From Gemmatimonadota bacterium (GTDB taxonomy: Bacteria; Gemmatimonadota; Gemmatimonadetes; Gemmatimonadales; GWC2-71-9): DNA of 64,000 bases. The notes under the pieces were generated by a model. The model worked only from the letters and a program-made list of their open reading frames with translations. It ran no database searches and was not told where the DNA came from. This document shows positions 11,493-20,431 of the stretch, piece after piece. Every line of letters begins with the position of its first letter. The first letter of the stretch is position 1. The position numbers and the translations under genes were made by a program. The DNA is taken from positions 1 through 64,000 of the forward strand of contig JAZDCY010000076.1 in NCBI GenBank assembly GCA_036679645.1, written 5' to 3'.

Positions 11493-12884
11493 CTAGCCTT
11501 CCTCGTCGAGCCCGTACTTCTCGAGGCGGTAGCGCAGCGTGTCGCGGCTGAGCCCAAGCAGCTTTGCCGCTTGCGTAACATTGTGGGTGCTACGAGCGAG
11601 AGCCTGCTGAATGAGATCACGCTCGAGCTCTTCGAGGATCAATCCCTCAGCTGGGAGAACGATTGGCGCGTGCGCTGCACTTCTCTCGCGACCAAAGCCA
11701 CGCATGGCAACCAGTAACTGATCGGCCCGGATACTCGCGCCCTCGTTGAGAATGAGCGTTCGTTCGAGGACGTTTCTGAGCTCACGCACGTTCCCGGGCC
11801 ATCTGTACCTGCGCAGGACGTCGATCGCGTCTCCGAGAAGCTCCGGTGGGTCGCGCCTTAAGTCGCGTGCCAGATTGGAGACAAAGTAGCGCGCCAGCGG
11901 CTCGATATCCTCTGGACGATCACGTAGCGCCGGCAAGTAGATCGGCACGACGTTGAGGCGATAATACAGGTCCCCTCGGAATGCCTTCTCTTCCACTGCA
12001 CGGTCGAGATCGCGATTGGTTGCCGCGATGACCCGAATGTCAACGCTCAAGTCGGTGGTGCCACCCAGTCGCTTGAATGTGGAATCCTCGAGGAATCGAA
12101 GCAGCTTTGCCTGGGCACCCGGTGGCATGTCGCCGATCTCGTCGAGAAAGAGCGTGCCACCGTCAGCCAGTTCGGCCAGACCTTTCTTGCGCTCGCGCGC
12201 ATCGGTGAAGGCTCCTCGCTCGTGACCGAACAGTTCGGATTCCAGCAGCTGCTCCGGCAAGGCGCTGCAGTTGACCTCCAGAAACGGTTGGCCATACCTG
12301 CTGCTGCGTGCGTGGATGGCGCGCGCAAAGAGATCCTTGCCAGTTCCGCTCTCCCCCTGGAGCAATACGGTGGCGGAATCGGTCCGCGCGACTTTCTCCA
12401 CTATGGACACGATTTCTCGCGTCGCCGAAGACTCACCTACGATCTCGATGTTCGCGAACCGCCAGCGGTGGAGTTCTCGGATGTCCTCGATTTTTTGCCG
12501 GAGCTTACGGGCCTCCAAGCCAGCGTTAATCGTGATCAGCAAGTCGTCGAGGTCTATCGGTTTCTGTAGGAAGTGATAGGCTCCTGCTTTGACGGCCTGC
12601 ACGGCAGTTTCGACGTCCCCAAATGCCGTGACGATCACAACGATCAGGTCCGGGTCAATCGTGCGAGCCTTGCTAAGTACGTCGAGTCCGCTGCCGTCCG
12701 GCAGGCGAAGGTCGAGCAACATCAAAGCAGGCCGGCTCTCTCGGATACACTGGATTCCTTCGGCGCATGAAGCCGCCGTGCAGACTCGGTAGCCGGCGGC
12801 GCTGAGGTGGTCGTCGAGCCACGATCGGATCAGATCTTCGTCGTCGACGACCGCGATGATCGGCAGGGGTGGCGCGCGGTTCAT
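11493..12884 (-). CDS. Sigma54-dependent response regulator (NtrC/AtoC family)
   Basis: Receiver domain (VVDDE, LLD), GESGTGKD, GAFTDA, WPGNVRELRN and a Fis HTH. Confidence 0.95.
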   Translation of the reverse strand: MNRAPPLPIIAVVDDEDLIRSWLDDHLSAAGYRVCTAASCAEGIQCIRESRPALMLLDLRLPDGSGLDVLSKARTIDPDLIVVIVTAFGDVETAVQAVKAGAYHFLQKPIDLDDLLITINAGLEARKLRQKIEDIRELHRWRFANIEIVGESSATREIVSIVEKVARTDSATVLLQGESGTGKDLFARAIHARSSRYGQPFLEVNCSALPEQLLESELFGHERGAFTDARERKKGLAELADGGTLFLDEIGDMPPGAQAKLLRFLEDSTFKRLGGTTDLSVDIRVIAATNRDLDRAVEEKAFRGDLYYRLNVVPIYLPALRDRPEDIEPLARYFVSNLARDLRRDPPELLGDAIDVLRRYRWPGNVRELRNVLERTLILNEGASIRADQLLVAMRGFGRERSAAHAPIVLPAEGLILEELERDLIQQALARSTHNVTQAAKLLGLSRDTLRYRLEKYGLDEEG

Positions 12885-14674
12885 GCCGATTCCGGGGCTC
12901 GTGGAAGTACCAAGGTCACGGAAGTTCCCGTTCCGGGAACGCTCTCGATTGCCACGCTTCCGCCGTGCCGTTCGGCAATGCTGCGGGAGATTGCCAATCC
13001 CAGCCCCGTGCCTCGGTGTTTTGTAGTGTAGAACGGCCGGAAGATCTCGGAGAGGTCTTCCGGAGAGATTCCAGAGCCCGTATCAGTGACAGTGGTCGTG
13101 ATCGAGAGCACTCCACCGGCGTCCATTGCCTGAATTCCGTTCAACGCGAAGTTCACGAGCGCCTGGGTCATCTGCTCAGGATCGACCGAGATCGAGACAC
13201 CATCCGCTGCCTGTTCCCGAATCTCCACGCCAGCCGCATCTGCCTGCGCTGTGACGAGCCCCGCGACGCGGGATATGAGTTGACCCGGCTTGACGATCGT
13301 GCGTCGCGGCGCTTTGGGGCGGGCGTAGCTCAGTAGATCCCGGATTGCGGAATCGATGCGGTCGAGTTGCTCGCGCATCTGGCGCAAGAGCCGGTATGTA
13401 GTCTCATGCGGACTGAGCTTGGCACTGAGGAGATCCAACCCGCTCCCGATACCCATGACCGGATTCTTGATCTCGTGGGCGATGCCCGCCGCCAGTTCGC
13501 CTACCGACGCAAGCTGTGCCGCGCGTCGCAACTCCTGGTCGTGCAGTGTACTAATCTGATCCGTAGATGCCTGGAGTTCGGTCGACATCGTATTGAAGGT
13601 GCGTCCCAGTTCGCCTAACTCATCGACGCGATCGATATCGACCGTCACGCCAAGCTCGCCTCCGCGAATGCGTTCGGCCGCCCCGACGAGTTGGCGTAGG
13701 GGCGAGACGATCGATCGCGCGACGATCCAGACCACTGCCACCAGGAGGAGAGCGAACGCTGCCTCCATCACGAGGGCGAGCACTCCCAGCTGTTGCAGCC
13801 TCCCATACGCAGTTGCGACAGGAACCTCGGCGACGTAGGTCCAAGGGAGTCCAGGAATGGGGGCAGCGACGCCTAAGACCGCCTCTCCCTCGAAGTTCTC
13901 GTATCGCTCCATCTCCTCCTCAGTGTGATTGAGGGGAGGCGGGTCAAGACGTGCCTCATAGTCGAACGCTCCGTGTTCATGGGGAACGGCGACCGGCATG
14001 TGCGCGGCGTCGACGATGTAACTGTGCATGTCCTCTGCCAGGTGCGGCGGGATCATCAGAAACGCACGGGCGTTCTCCATTCCGACGGTCGCTGCCAACA
14101 CGGCGAGAACGCGACCTCGATCGTCGGAAATGGGTACCGCGAGCCGGTAGACAGGTCTATTCCCGCGTTCCCCAAGAGGGCGCTCGACGCCGAAGTACGG
14201 ACCACGCAAGGCTTCCTCAAACCAACCTGCCCTAACGGGATCGTGCGGTGCGGGGGCGTTGCCCGTCGCGGCCACCATGCGGCCCACCGTGTCGAGCACG
14301 ACAAGGCCCCTGAAGACGGGTTGTTCGACGTGTTGTTGGCGCAGTAGCGCCTGGAGGTCACTTGTCGCCACCGGCGCCGTCGTCGCTTCGCGAATCGCGC
14401 GCAGAAGAAGCGGGTTTCCGTAGACGAACGTGGTCAGGTGCAGTAGTTGGTAATCCACCGCGCGCCCCACGCGGGCAGCTTCGCGTAGCACCAAGCTGCC
14501 GACGTAACGCTGGATGTGGCTCCGCAGGATACCACGCGATACCAGGTAACCGACGGAGTTGGATACCAGCAACGGAACGAGCGACAGTACCAGAAACCAC
14601 AACAGTATGCGCCGGCGAAGACTCTGGCGGTGATACGGTGATCCGCGCCCGAGGATAGTGCCTCCTTGCGCCAA
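12881..14674 (-). CDS. Sensor histidine kinase (Cache-HAMP-HisKA-HATPase)
   Basis: Two TM helices, HAMP 'DELGELGRTFN', H-box AHEIKNP, N-box and GTGLGL. Start uncertain (TTG 14674). Short gap at 'SITTT|VTDTG'. Confidence 0.9.
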   Translation of the reverse strand: MAQGGTILGRGSPYHRQSLRRRILLWFLVLSLVPLLVSNSVGYLVSRGILRSHIQRYVGSLVLREAARVGRAVDYQLLHLTTFVYGNPLLLRAIREATTAPVATSDLQALLRQQHVEQPVFRGLVVLDTVGRMVAATGNAPAPHDPVRAGWFEEALRGPYFGVERPLGERGNRPVYRLAVPISDDRGRVLAVLAATVGMENARAFLMIPPHLAEDMHSYIVDAAHMPVAVPHEHGAFDYEARLDPPPLNHTEEEMERYENFEGEAVLGVAAPIPGLPWTYVAEVPVATAYGRLQQLGVLALVMEAAFALLLVAVVWIVARSIVSPLRQLVGAAERIRGGELGVTVDIDRVDELGELGRTFNTMSTELQASTDQISTLHDQELRRAAQLASVGELAAGIAHEIKNPVMGIGSGLDLLSAKLSPHETTYRLLRQMREQLDRIDSAIRDLLSYARPKAPRRTIVKPGQLISRVAGLVTAQADAAGVEIREQAADGVSISVDPEQMTQALVNFALNGIQAMDAGGVLSITTTVTDTGSGISPEDLSEIFRPFYTTKHRGTGLGLAISRSIAERHGGSVAIESVPGTGTSVTLVLPRAPESA

Positions 14675-14756
14675 GTGCGCAGACCTTACGCAAGGCGGAG
14701 GCCGTGGCGCAAGTGACCGAAGACTGGGCAGCGGCCCGCCTGAGGCCGCCAGGGGT

Positions 14757-14795
14757 TTGGGGATGCCACCCACCTGGGTGGGTGATATCCCCCAA
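14757..14795. promoter_or_regulatory. Imperfect inverted repeat, candidate enhancer (UAS) for the sigma54 activator
   Basis: TTGGGGAT...CACCCACC / GGTGGGTG...ATCCCCCAA, about 70-110 bp upstream of the -24 box. Confidence 0.45.
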
Positions 14796-14864
14796 CAGAG
14801 CGCCAGGTGATCGTCGATCGGTAGCAAGTCATTCTATCACAATGTCTTACAAAACGAGTTTCCG

Positions 14865-14880
14865 CGGCACGCGGTCTGCT
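14865..14880 (+). promoter_or_regulatory. Sigma54 -24/-12 promoter
   Basis: CGGCACGCGGTCTGCT has exact GG-N10-GC spacing, an AT-rich tract upstream and an adjacent NtrC-type activator gene. Confidence 0.7.
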
Positions 14881-14939
14881 TTAGGAGTCACCGGACCGGC
14901 GTTTTCCGGCCGGGAGACGGCTTCACCTGAGGAGGAGAG

Positions 14940-15980
14940 ATGCGATTGCAGCGGATTGCGGTGGGTGCCTCGGTGCTATTCGCCTTGGCCCTGTGGCCAG
15001 GCGTCGCGAGTGGGCAGGGGCTAAAGCTCACCGGCTACGCAGACTTCGAGGCCATCCTGAGCAACGTCGACTCGGACAACTCAGAGTTGGTGTTTGATAA
15101 TCACCACTTCAACCTCATCGGCATAGGTGCCCTAATCACAAACGTCTTCGCGGCAGTGGAAGTAGAGTACGAACACGCCGGCGAAGAGATAGCGCTCGAA
15201 TACGGGTACATCGCCTACACCGGGCTGAGCAACCTGACGATCGCCGCCGGGAAGTTCATCGTGCCGTTCGGCCGCTTCAACAAGGATCTCCATCCGACCT
15301 GGATCAACAGAATGCCCGACCGGCCGCACGGATTCAGTGACATTCTTCCCCAGACCTACAGCGATGTCGGGTTATGGGTGTCGGGTGGTGCGCCGGTGGG
15401 GACGTCAGGGGCGCGCGTTGTGTACGACGCGTTTGTGGTGAACGGTCTCCTGGGCGCGGACAGTTCGAGTATTCGAGGGATGCGGAATAACGATCGTGAA
15501 AAACTGAGTGGGGGTGGGCGGGACGATAGCAAATCGTTTGGTGGGCGGCTCGGTCTCGAGCTCGGCCCGCAGGGTTTTGACATTGGGGCTTCCGCCTACA
15601 TCGGGAACTACCTCGACGACCCGGATCGCAACCTTACGTTGTCGATCTACGGTGTCGATGCGGCATTCCGTCACCAGGGTCTGGAGCTACGCGCTGAAGG
15701 CGTGTTGGCAACACAGGACGTGACCGGCGGTGATCTCACCAAGAAAGGCGGGTACGCCCAGGCGGCCTACCTGATCCAGTCGCAATTCGAGCCGGTGGTC
15801 CGCTTCAGCCTGAGAGACATGCCGGGCGAGAGCGCCGACGCACAGCGGCTGTCCTTCGGGTTCAACTACTATCTCGCCGCGAACACGGCGGTCCGTATCG
15901 CCTACCATATCAATACGGAAGAAACCGGATTCGAATCTGACAACAACCAGCTCATCGTCCAGTGGACGATGGTGTTCTAG
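14940..15980 (+). CDS. Outer-membrane beta-barrel porin (OprO/P-like)
   Basis: Signal peptide, alternating amphipathic strands, 'GKFIVPFGRFN' and a C-terminal Phe. Confidence 0.75.
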   Translation: MRLQRIAVGASVLFALALWPGVASGQGLKLTGYADFEAILSNVDSDNSELVFDNHHFNLIGIGALITNVFAAVEVEYEHAGEEIALEYGYIAYTGLSNLTIAAGKFIVPFGRFNKDLHPTWINRMPDRPHGFSDILPQTYSDVGLWVSGGAPVGTSGARVVYDAFVVNGLLGADSSSIRGMRNNDREKLSGGGRDDSKSFGGRLGLELGPQGFDIGASAYIGNYLDDPDRNLTLSIYGVDAAFRHQGLELRAEGVLATQDVTGGDLTKKGGYAQAAYLIQSQFEPVVRFSLRDMPGESADAQRLSFGFNYYLAANTAVRIAYHINTEETGFESDNNQLIVQWTMVF

Positions 15981-15989
15981 GAGGTGTCA

Positions 15990-16595
15990 ATGCAGACCAC
16001 CAAGAGGACCTCGGTAGCTTGCGCGGTGTTCGTGGCACTTCTCGCCGCGTCCACCACCGTCAGGGCCCAGCAGTCCGGTGTTGAACTGTGGTCCCAGACA
16101 TGCTCCCGCTGCCACATGATGCAACCGGCAAACCGGTACACCGCGGATCAGTGGGAAACCATCATGGTAGACATGCGCCTTGCGGCTCGCCTCTCGGCTG
16201 ATGAGGCGGAAGCCATCCTGAATTTCCTGAAAGGTGGGGCTAGGCGGGTCGCGGCCTCAGGAGCGTCTCCCGCGCCAGCTGTCCTGGCCCGTTTAGCTTC
16301 CACCGAACTCTTGCTCCCGACAGCGGCGCTGACGGGGGCGGAGGTCTTCGCGCAGCAGTGCGTTGCGTGCCATGGGAAAGAGGGCAAGGGGAATGGTCCG
16401 GCGGCGTCCGCGCTCAATCCTCGTCCCGCTGACCTCACGGATCAGGAGCGCATGAACTCAGTGAACGATGAGGCCCTGTTCGAGCTCATCAGGGATGGAA
16501 AAGGGACGATGCCGGGGTTCGGCAGTCTGCTGGAGCCCGAAGAGCTAGTTGCTGTTAGGGACTACGTCCGGGCGTTGAGTCAGCCCGAGCAGTAA
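15990..16595 (+). CDS. Exported di-haem c-type cytochrome
   Basis: Signal peptide, CSRCH and CVACH, 'NPRPADLT...GTMPGF'. Confidence 0.88.
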   Translation: MQTTKRTSVACAVFVALLAASTTVRAQQSGVELWSQTCSRCHMMQPANRYTADQWETIMVDMRLAARLSADEAEAILNFLKGGARRVAASGASPAPAVLARLASTELLLPTAALTGAEVFAQQCVACHGKEGKGNGPAASALNPRPADLTDQERMNSVNDEALFELIRDGKGTMPGFGSLLEPEELVAVRDYVRALSQPEQ

Positions 16596-16617
16596 CTGCG
16601 ACGAGTTCATCCTTCTC

Positions 16618-16651
16618 GGCCGGTTGCGTTCCACCTCGAGCGCAACCGGCT
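16618..16651. terminator. Hairpin between convergent genes
   Basis: GCCGGTTGCG / CGCAACCGGC 10-bp stem; no clear U tract. Confidence 0.45.
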
Positions 16652-16684
16652 GCTTGGTAGGATGACGCACTGAACGCTGCACGC

Positions 16685-17929
16685 CTATTCGTACCTGAGT
16701 GACTCCACCGGATCCAACGCCGCCGCTTTGCGAGCGGGTAGCAACCCCGCGAGCAGGCCGATCATCACCAAGATGCTCACGCAGATGAGCGCTACGGGCC
16801 AAGAGAGGATGGGGTTGGCCAGAATCTGTAGGGCCAGGTCGTCCTGCGGCAGCCGGCGAAAGAGGGCGACCACGGCGGCTGAGAAGCCCAGCCCGATGAA
16901 CCCACCCGTGAGCGAGATCAGGACCGACTCGAATACGAACTGTCCCATGATGTGCCGTCTGCGCGCGCCCACCGCGAGCTTAATGCCGATCTCGCGCGTG
17001 CGTTCCTTCACGACCACGTACATGATGTTCGCCACACCGACGCCCGCCACCAGCAGGGTGAAGCCGCCGACGATTCCCAAGAAGATCTGGATGCCAAGTC
17101 CGATCTGATTGACGATCTTGGCCTCCTCTACGAAGTCCCACATCGAGAGGGCCCGTTCGTCCGTGGGATCGAACTTGTGGCGCCGGCCCAGGGTCTCGTA
17201 GATCTGCGCCTTCACCTCGCCCGCACGTGTGATGTCGCGCGGGCGCACCAGGATCTGGTTCACGTACCGGTGTCCGAACATCGTCGCGAACGTCGAGGCG
17301 GGAATGATGGCCCGGTCGGCGTCGGGGCCGTTGTTGGATCCCATCTGCAGCTTCTCCTGCATGACGCCAACCACCGTGAACGGCAGGCCATCCACCTCCA
17401 CCTGCTTCCCGACCGGATCTTCGTCTCCGAAGAGCTGCTCGGCAATCTCGTTGCCAAAGAAGATGACGCGTCGTTTCTGGTCGATGTCGGGGCGGTTCAA
17501 GAAACGCCCACCCGGCTGCGGGTACATCGAGCGCAGGCGCTCGAACGCGGGGTGCACGCCTTCCATGTAGGTGTTGGTCCGGTTCTCCCCGTAGGAGAAC
17601 GTGGTGCCCCAACGCCCGTACGATGCGCTCGCGACCTCGACGTTGCCGAGCGTGCGCTCGAGCAGCTCGAGATCGGTCTCCGAGAGGCGAATGCGGCGTC
17701 CCTTTGGAAGGCCCTCGAACCCCTTGCTGGTCTCACCGCCGTAGATCATGAACATGCGGTCGCCGGCGTTGATCGTACCCCGCATGAACGAGTCGTGCAG
17801 TCCGCCGCCGAAGGCGAGCAGCATCACAGTGGCAATCGTACCCCACGTGATCGCGAGCATGGTGAGGAAGGAGCGGGTCTTCTGCTGCTTGAGATCACCG
17901 AGGAACTCTTCGAAGAGGATCTTCCACAT
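16685..17929 (-). CDS. ABC permease (MacB/FtsX family)
   Basis: 'NIMYVVVKERTREIGIKLAVGA' and 'LDPVESLRYE'. Confidence 0.92.
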   Translation of the reverse strand: MWKILFEEFLGDLKQQKTRSFLTMLAITWGTIATVMLLAFGGGLHDSFMRGTINAGDRMFMIYGGETSKGFEGLPKGRRIRLSETDLELLERTLGNVEVASASYGRWGTTFSYGENRTNTYMEGVHPAFERLRSMYPQPGGRFLNRPDIDQKRRVIFFGNEIAEQLFGDEDPVGKQVEVDGLPFTVVGVMQEKLQMGSNNGPDADRAIIPASTFATMFGHRYVNQILVRPRDITRAGEVKAQIYETLGRRHKFDPTDERALSMWDFVEEAKIVNQIGLGIQIFLGIVGGFTLLVAGVGVANIMYVVVKERTREIGIKLAVGARRRHIMGQFVFESVLISLTGGFIGLGFSAAVVALFRRLPQDDLALQILANPILSWPVALICVSILVMIGLLAGLLPARKAAALDPVESLRYE

Positions 17930-17932
17930 GGT

Positions 17933-19165
17933 CTAGAACCTCACCGCCTCGACCGGATCCAGGTTTGCCGCCCGCCGCGCCGGGAACAGGCCCGCCATGA
18001 ACGCGATGACCGCGAGCAATCCGACGGTCACGGCAGAGACCTGCGCCGAGATCGTGGGCCGTCCTACGAACTGCTCCGCCCCGATGGCGCCTACCAGGGC
18101 GACCAGTGCCCACGAAATCACGAAACCGAGCGCCGCGCCCACCCCCACGATCAGGAACGTCTCCATGAAGAACTGGAATAGAATGTCGTGCCGCCTGGCC
18201 CCTACCGATCGTTTGATGCCGATCTCGCGTGTCCGCTCGCGGACGACGATGTACATGATGTTGGCGACGCCGATCCCCCCTACCGTGAGGGTGAAGCTGC
18301 CGACAATGGCCATGAAGATCTTGAACCCCAGAAAGAACGCACCGAGAAACTTCATCATCTCGGCCGTATCCCAGATCATGAGCGCATCTTCGTCACTCGG
18401 GTCGAACCGATACTTGCGCCCCAGCACCTGATACACGCGCTCCTCCACGGCCTCATGCACGAACGGTGTCGTAGTCTTGTACACCATGTTGGAGACATAG
18501 CGGTTTCCGAAGACGGCCTGGTGTGTCGGTGCGGGGATGAACACCCGGTCCGTATCGCGTGAGTTGTAGGACGAGTTCTGGTTCTTCGGGACCATCACGC
18601 CGATCACCGTGAACGGTGTGTTCCCGATGAAGACATCCTGCCCGATGGCGTCCTCGTCGCCGAATAGCGACTCCTTCACGCCATCGCCGAGCACGACGAC
18701 GCGTCTCCGCTGCCTCATGTCGAGTTGATTGATGAAACGGCCCCCCGCCTCCGGGTTGATGTTCCGCATGTCGCCGTACACGGGATAGATCCCGGTGATG
18801 TTGGGGCGGACGATTTCGATGCCGCGGCGGACCGGCGTGTTCCGTTCGCTGTATTCCGGGCTGATCTGCGCAATGTCGGGGATTTCACGCGCCAGCAGTG
18901 CGGCGTCGTCCTCCACGTACCGGATGGGACGACCTTCCGAGAACCCGGCGAATGATTTCGTCGTACGCCCGCCAAACATGATAACGATGCCGTCACCGAG
19001 CGCGACCGACCGCTTGCGGGTCTGGGTCTCGAACCCAACCCCAAAGGCCAGCAGCACGACGACGGCCACCGTTCCCCACGTGATGCCGAGGATCGTCAGC
19101 GTCGTACGCAGCCGTTGCGCGCGCAGATCGTGAAAGAACTCGCGCGCCACCGTGAGGAAACGCAT
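17933..19165 (-). CDS. ABC permease (MacB/FtsX family)
   Basis: 'NIMYIVVRERTREIGIKRSVGA' and 'LDPVEAVRF'. Confidence 0.92.
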   Translation of the reverse strand: MRFLTVAREFFHDLRAQRLRTTLTILGITWGTVAVVVLLAFGVGFETQTRKRSVALGDGIVIMFGGRTTKSFAGFSEGRPIRYVEDDAALLAREIPDIAQISPEYSERNTPVRRGIEIVRPNITGIYPVYGDMRNINPEAGGRFINQLDMRQRRRVVVLGDGVKESLFGDEDAIGQDVFIGNTPFTVIGVMVPKNQNSSYNSRDTDRVFIPAPTHQAVFGNRYVSNMVYKTTTPFVHEAVEERVYQVLGRKYRFDPSDEDALMIWDTAEMMKFLGAFFLGFKIFMAIVGSFTLTVGGIGVANIMYIVVRERTREIGIKRSVGARRHDILFQFFMETFLIVGVGAALGFVISWALVALVGAIGAEQFVGRPTISAQVSAVTVGLLAVIAFMAGLFPARRAANLDPVEAVRF

Positions 19166-19171
19166 TGGCTG

Positions 19172-20269
19172 CTAGCGGATCTCTTTGACGGGTTTCTCCT
19201 GGACGCGCTCGCCCTCGGCGAGACCTTCCAGGATCTCGATCTTGATCGCGTCGGATAGGCCGGGCTCGATGGTACGGACCTCGGTCAGACCCTCACCCAG
19301 GCGCACCGTCACCCACGCGGAGTCACCCTCGAACGTGATCAGGCGCTCGGGAATGACGAGCACGCTGTCGCGGCGATCGATGATCACCTCAGCGTTCGCG
19401 GAATAGCCCGCCCGCAACACCACGTCGTCCGTGGCGACGATGACAATCTCCACCGGGAACACCGTGGCCTGATCCTCGGTGCGTGCCTTGAGCGAGATGC
19501 GGGTGAGCCGGCCCTCGATGGTCGTCCCGGGAAGGGCGCCGACCTGGATCTCAACCCGCATGCCCTCGCGTAGCCGGCCGACATCGATCTCGTCGACGGT
19601 CCCGCGGAAGACCAGATTATCCATCTCGGCCAGCCGCATGAGGGCGGTGCCTTCCTGGAAGCTCGTCAGCGGCACGACCGGATCACCGATCTCGACGGCC
19701 TGCTCCAATACGTATCCGGCGATGGGTGAGCGGATCACTGACTCGACGGTACCGGCCTCAGACGAGATGCGCCCTTCCTCCATGAGTGACCGGCGCTCCG
19801 AGGCGATCTGCACCTGGATGTCTGCCTGCTCGAACAGCTGCTGCGCATCCTGGTAGTGCTGATCGGAGATCAGTCCCTGCTCCAGGAGCGTTTCGTTCCG
19901 GGCCATGTCGCGCCGCAGCTTGTCGCGCTCCGACTCACGCAACTGCACCTGCCGGCGTGCCTCTGCCAGCTCGAGCGGCGTTGGGTTGGGGCGGATCTCG
20001 ATCAGGGGCGCGCCTGCGCGCACGAAATCGCCTTCTTCCGCGAAGAGCCGCTGGACCACCCCGCTGATCTGCGATTTGACTTCGATCTCCACGTCGGGCT
20101 CGATCGTGCCGACGGCGAGCGCCTTGTCGATGATGTTGTCGCGCTCAACCGCAACCCCCTCGTCACCCTGGTCATCGGAGTCGCCGTTGGTGGCACGGAC
20201 GGCCGACGCGCCCCCCACGATCACTGTCAGGCCGATCAGGCCCACGATCACCTTGGTACGCCGCTTCAT
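19172..20269 (-). CDS. Efflux periplasmic adaptor (MacA/YknX-like)
   Basis: 'VKSQISGVV', 'VDEIDVGRL' and 'LRAGYSANA'. Confidence 0.9.
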   Translation of the reverse strand: MKRRTKVIVGLIGLTVIVGGASAVRATNGDSDDQGDEGVAVERDNIIDKALAVGTIEPDVEIEVKSQISGVVQRLFAEEGDFVRAGAPLIEIRPNPTPLELAEARRQVQLRESERDKLRRDMARNETLLEQGLISDQHYQDAQQLFEQADIQVQIASERRSLMEEGRISSEAGTVESVIRSPIAGYVLEQAVEIGDPVVPLTSFQEGTALMRLAEMDNLVFRGTVDEIDVGRLREGMRVEIQVGALPGTTIEGRLTRISLKARTEDQATVFPVEIVIVATDDVVLRAGYSANAEVIIDRRDSVLVIPERLITFEGDSAWVTVRLGEGLTEVRTIEPGLSDAIKIEILEGLAEGERVQEKPVKEIR

Positions 20270-20327
20270 ATCTTCTTGCTCCTCAACGGGATGCGATGTA
20301 TGCGCACTTGGAGTGCTCGCGTATCCG

Positions 20328-20352
20328 TACGCAAGAAGCCCGGTGTAGTTTC
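20328..20352 (-). promoter_or_regulatory. ECF sigma (sigmaW-like) promoter
   Basis: Minus strand reads GAAAC-N16-CGTA upstream of the adaptor gene. Confidence 0.6.
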
Positions 20353-20431
20353 GGGTCGTTTAGGGCGCGCGGTGAGCCGGCGCAACGGTTCCAGTGACTT
20401 GCGCGTCTCACAGGGGTAGGATTCTGGTTGA

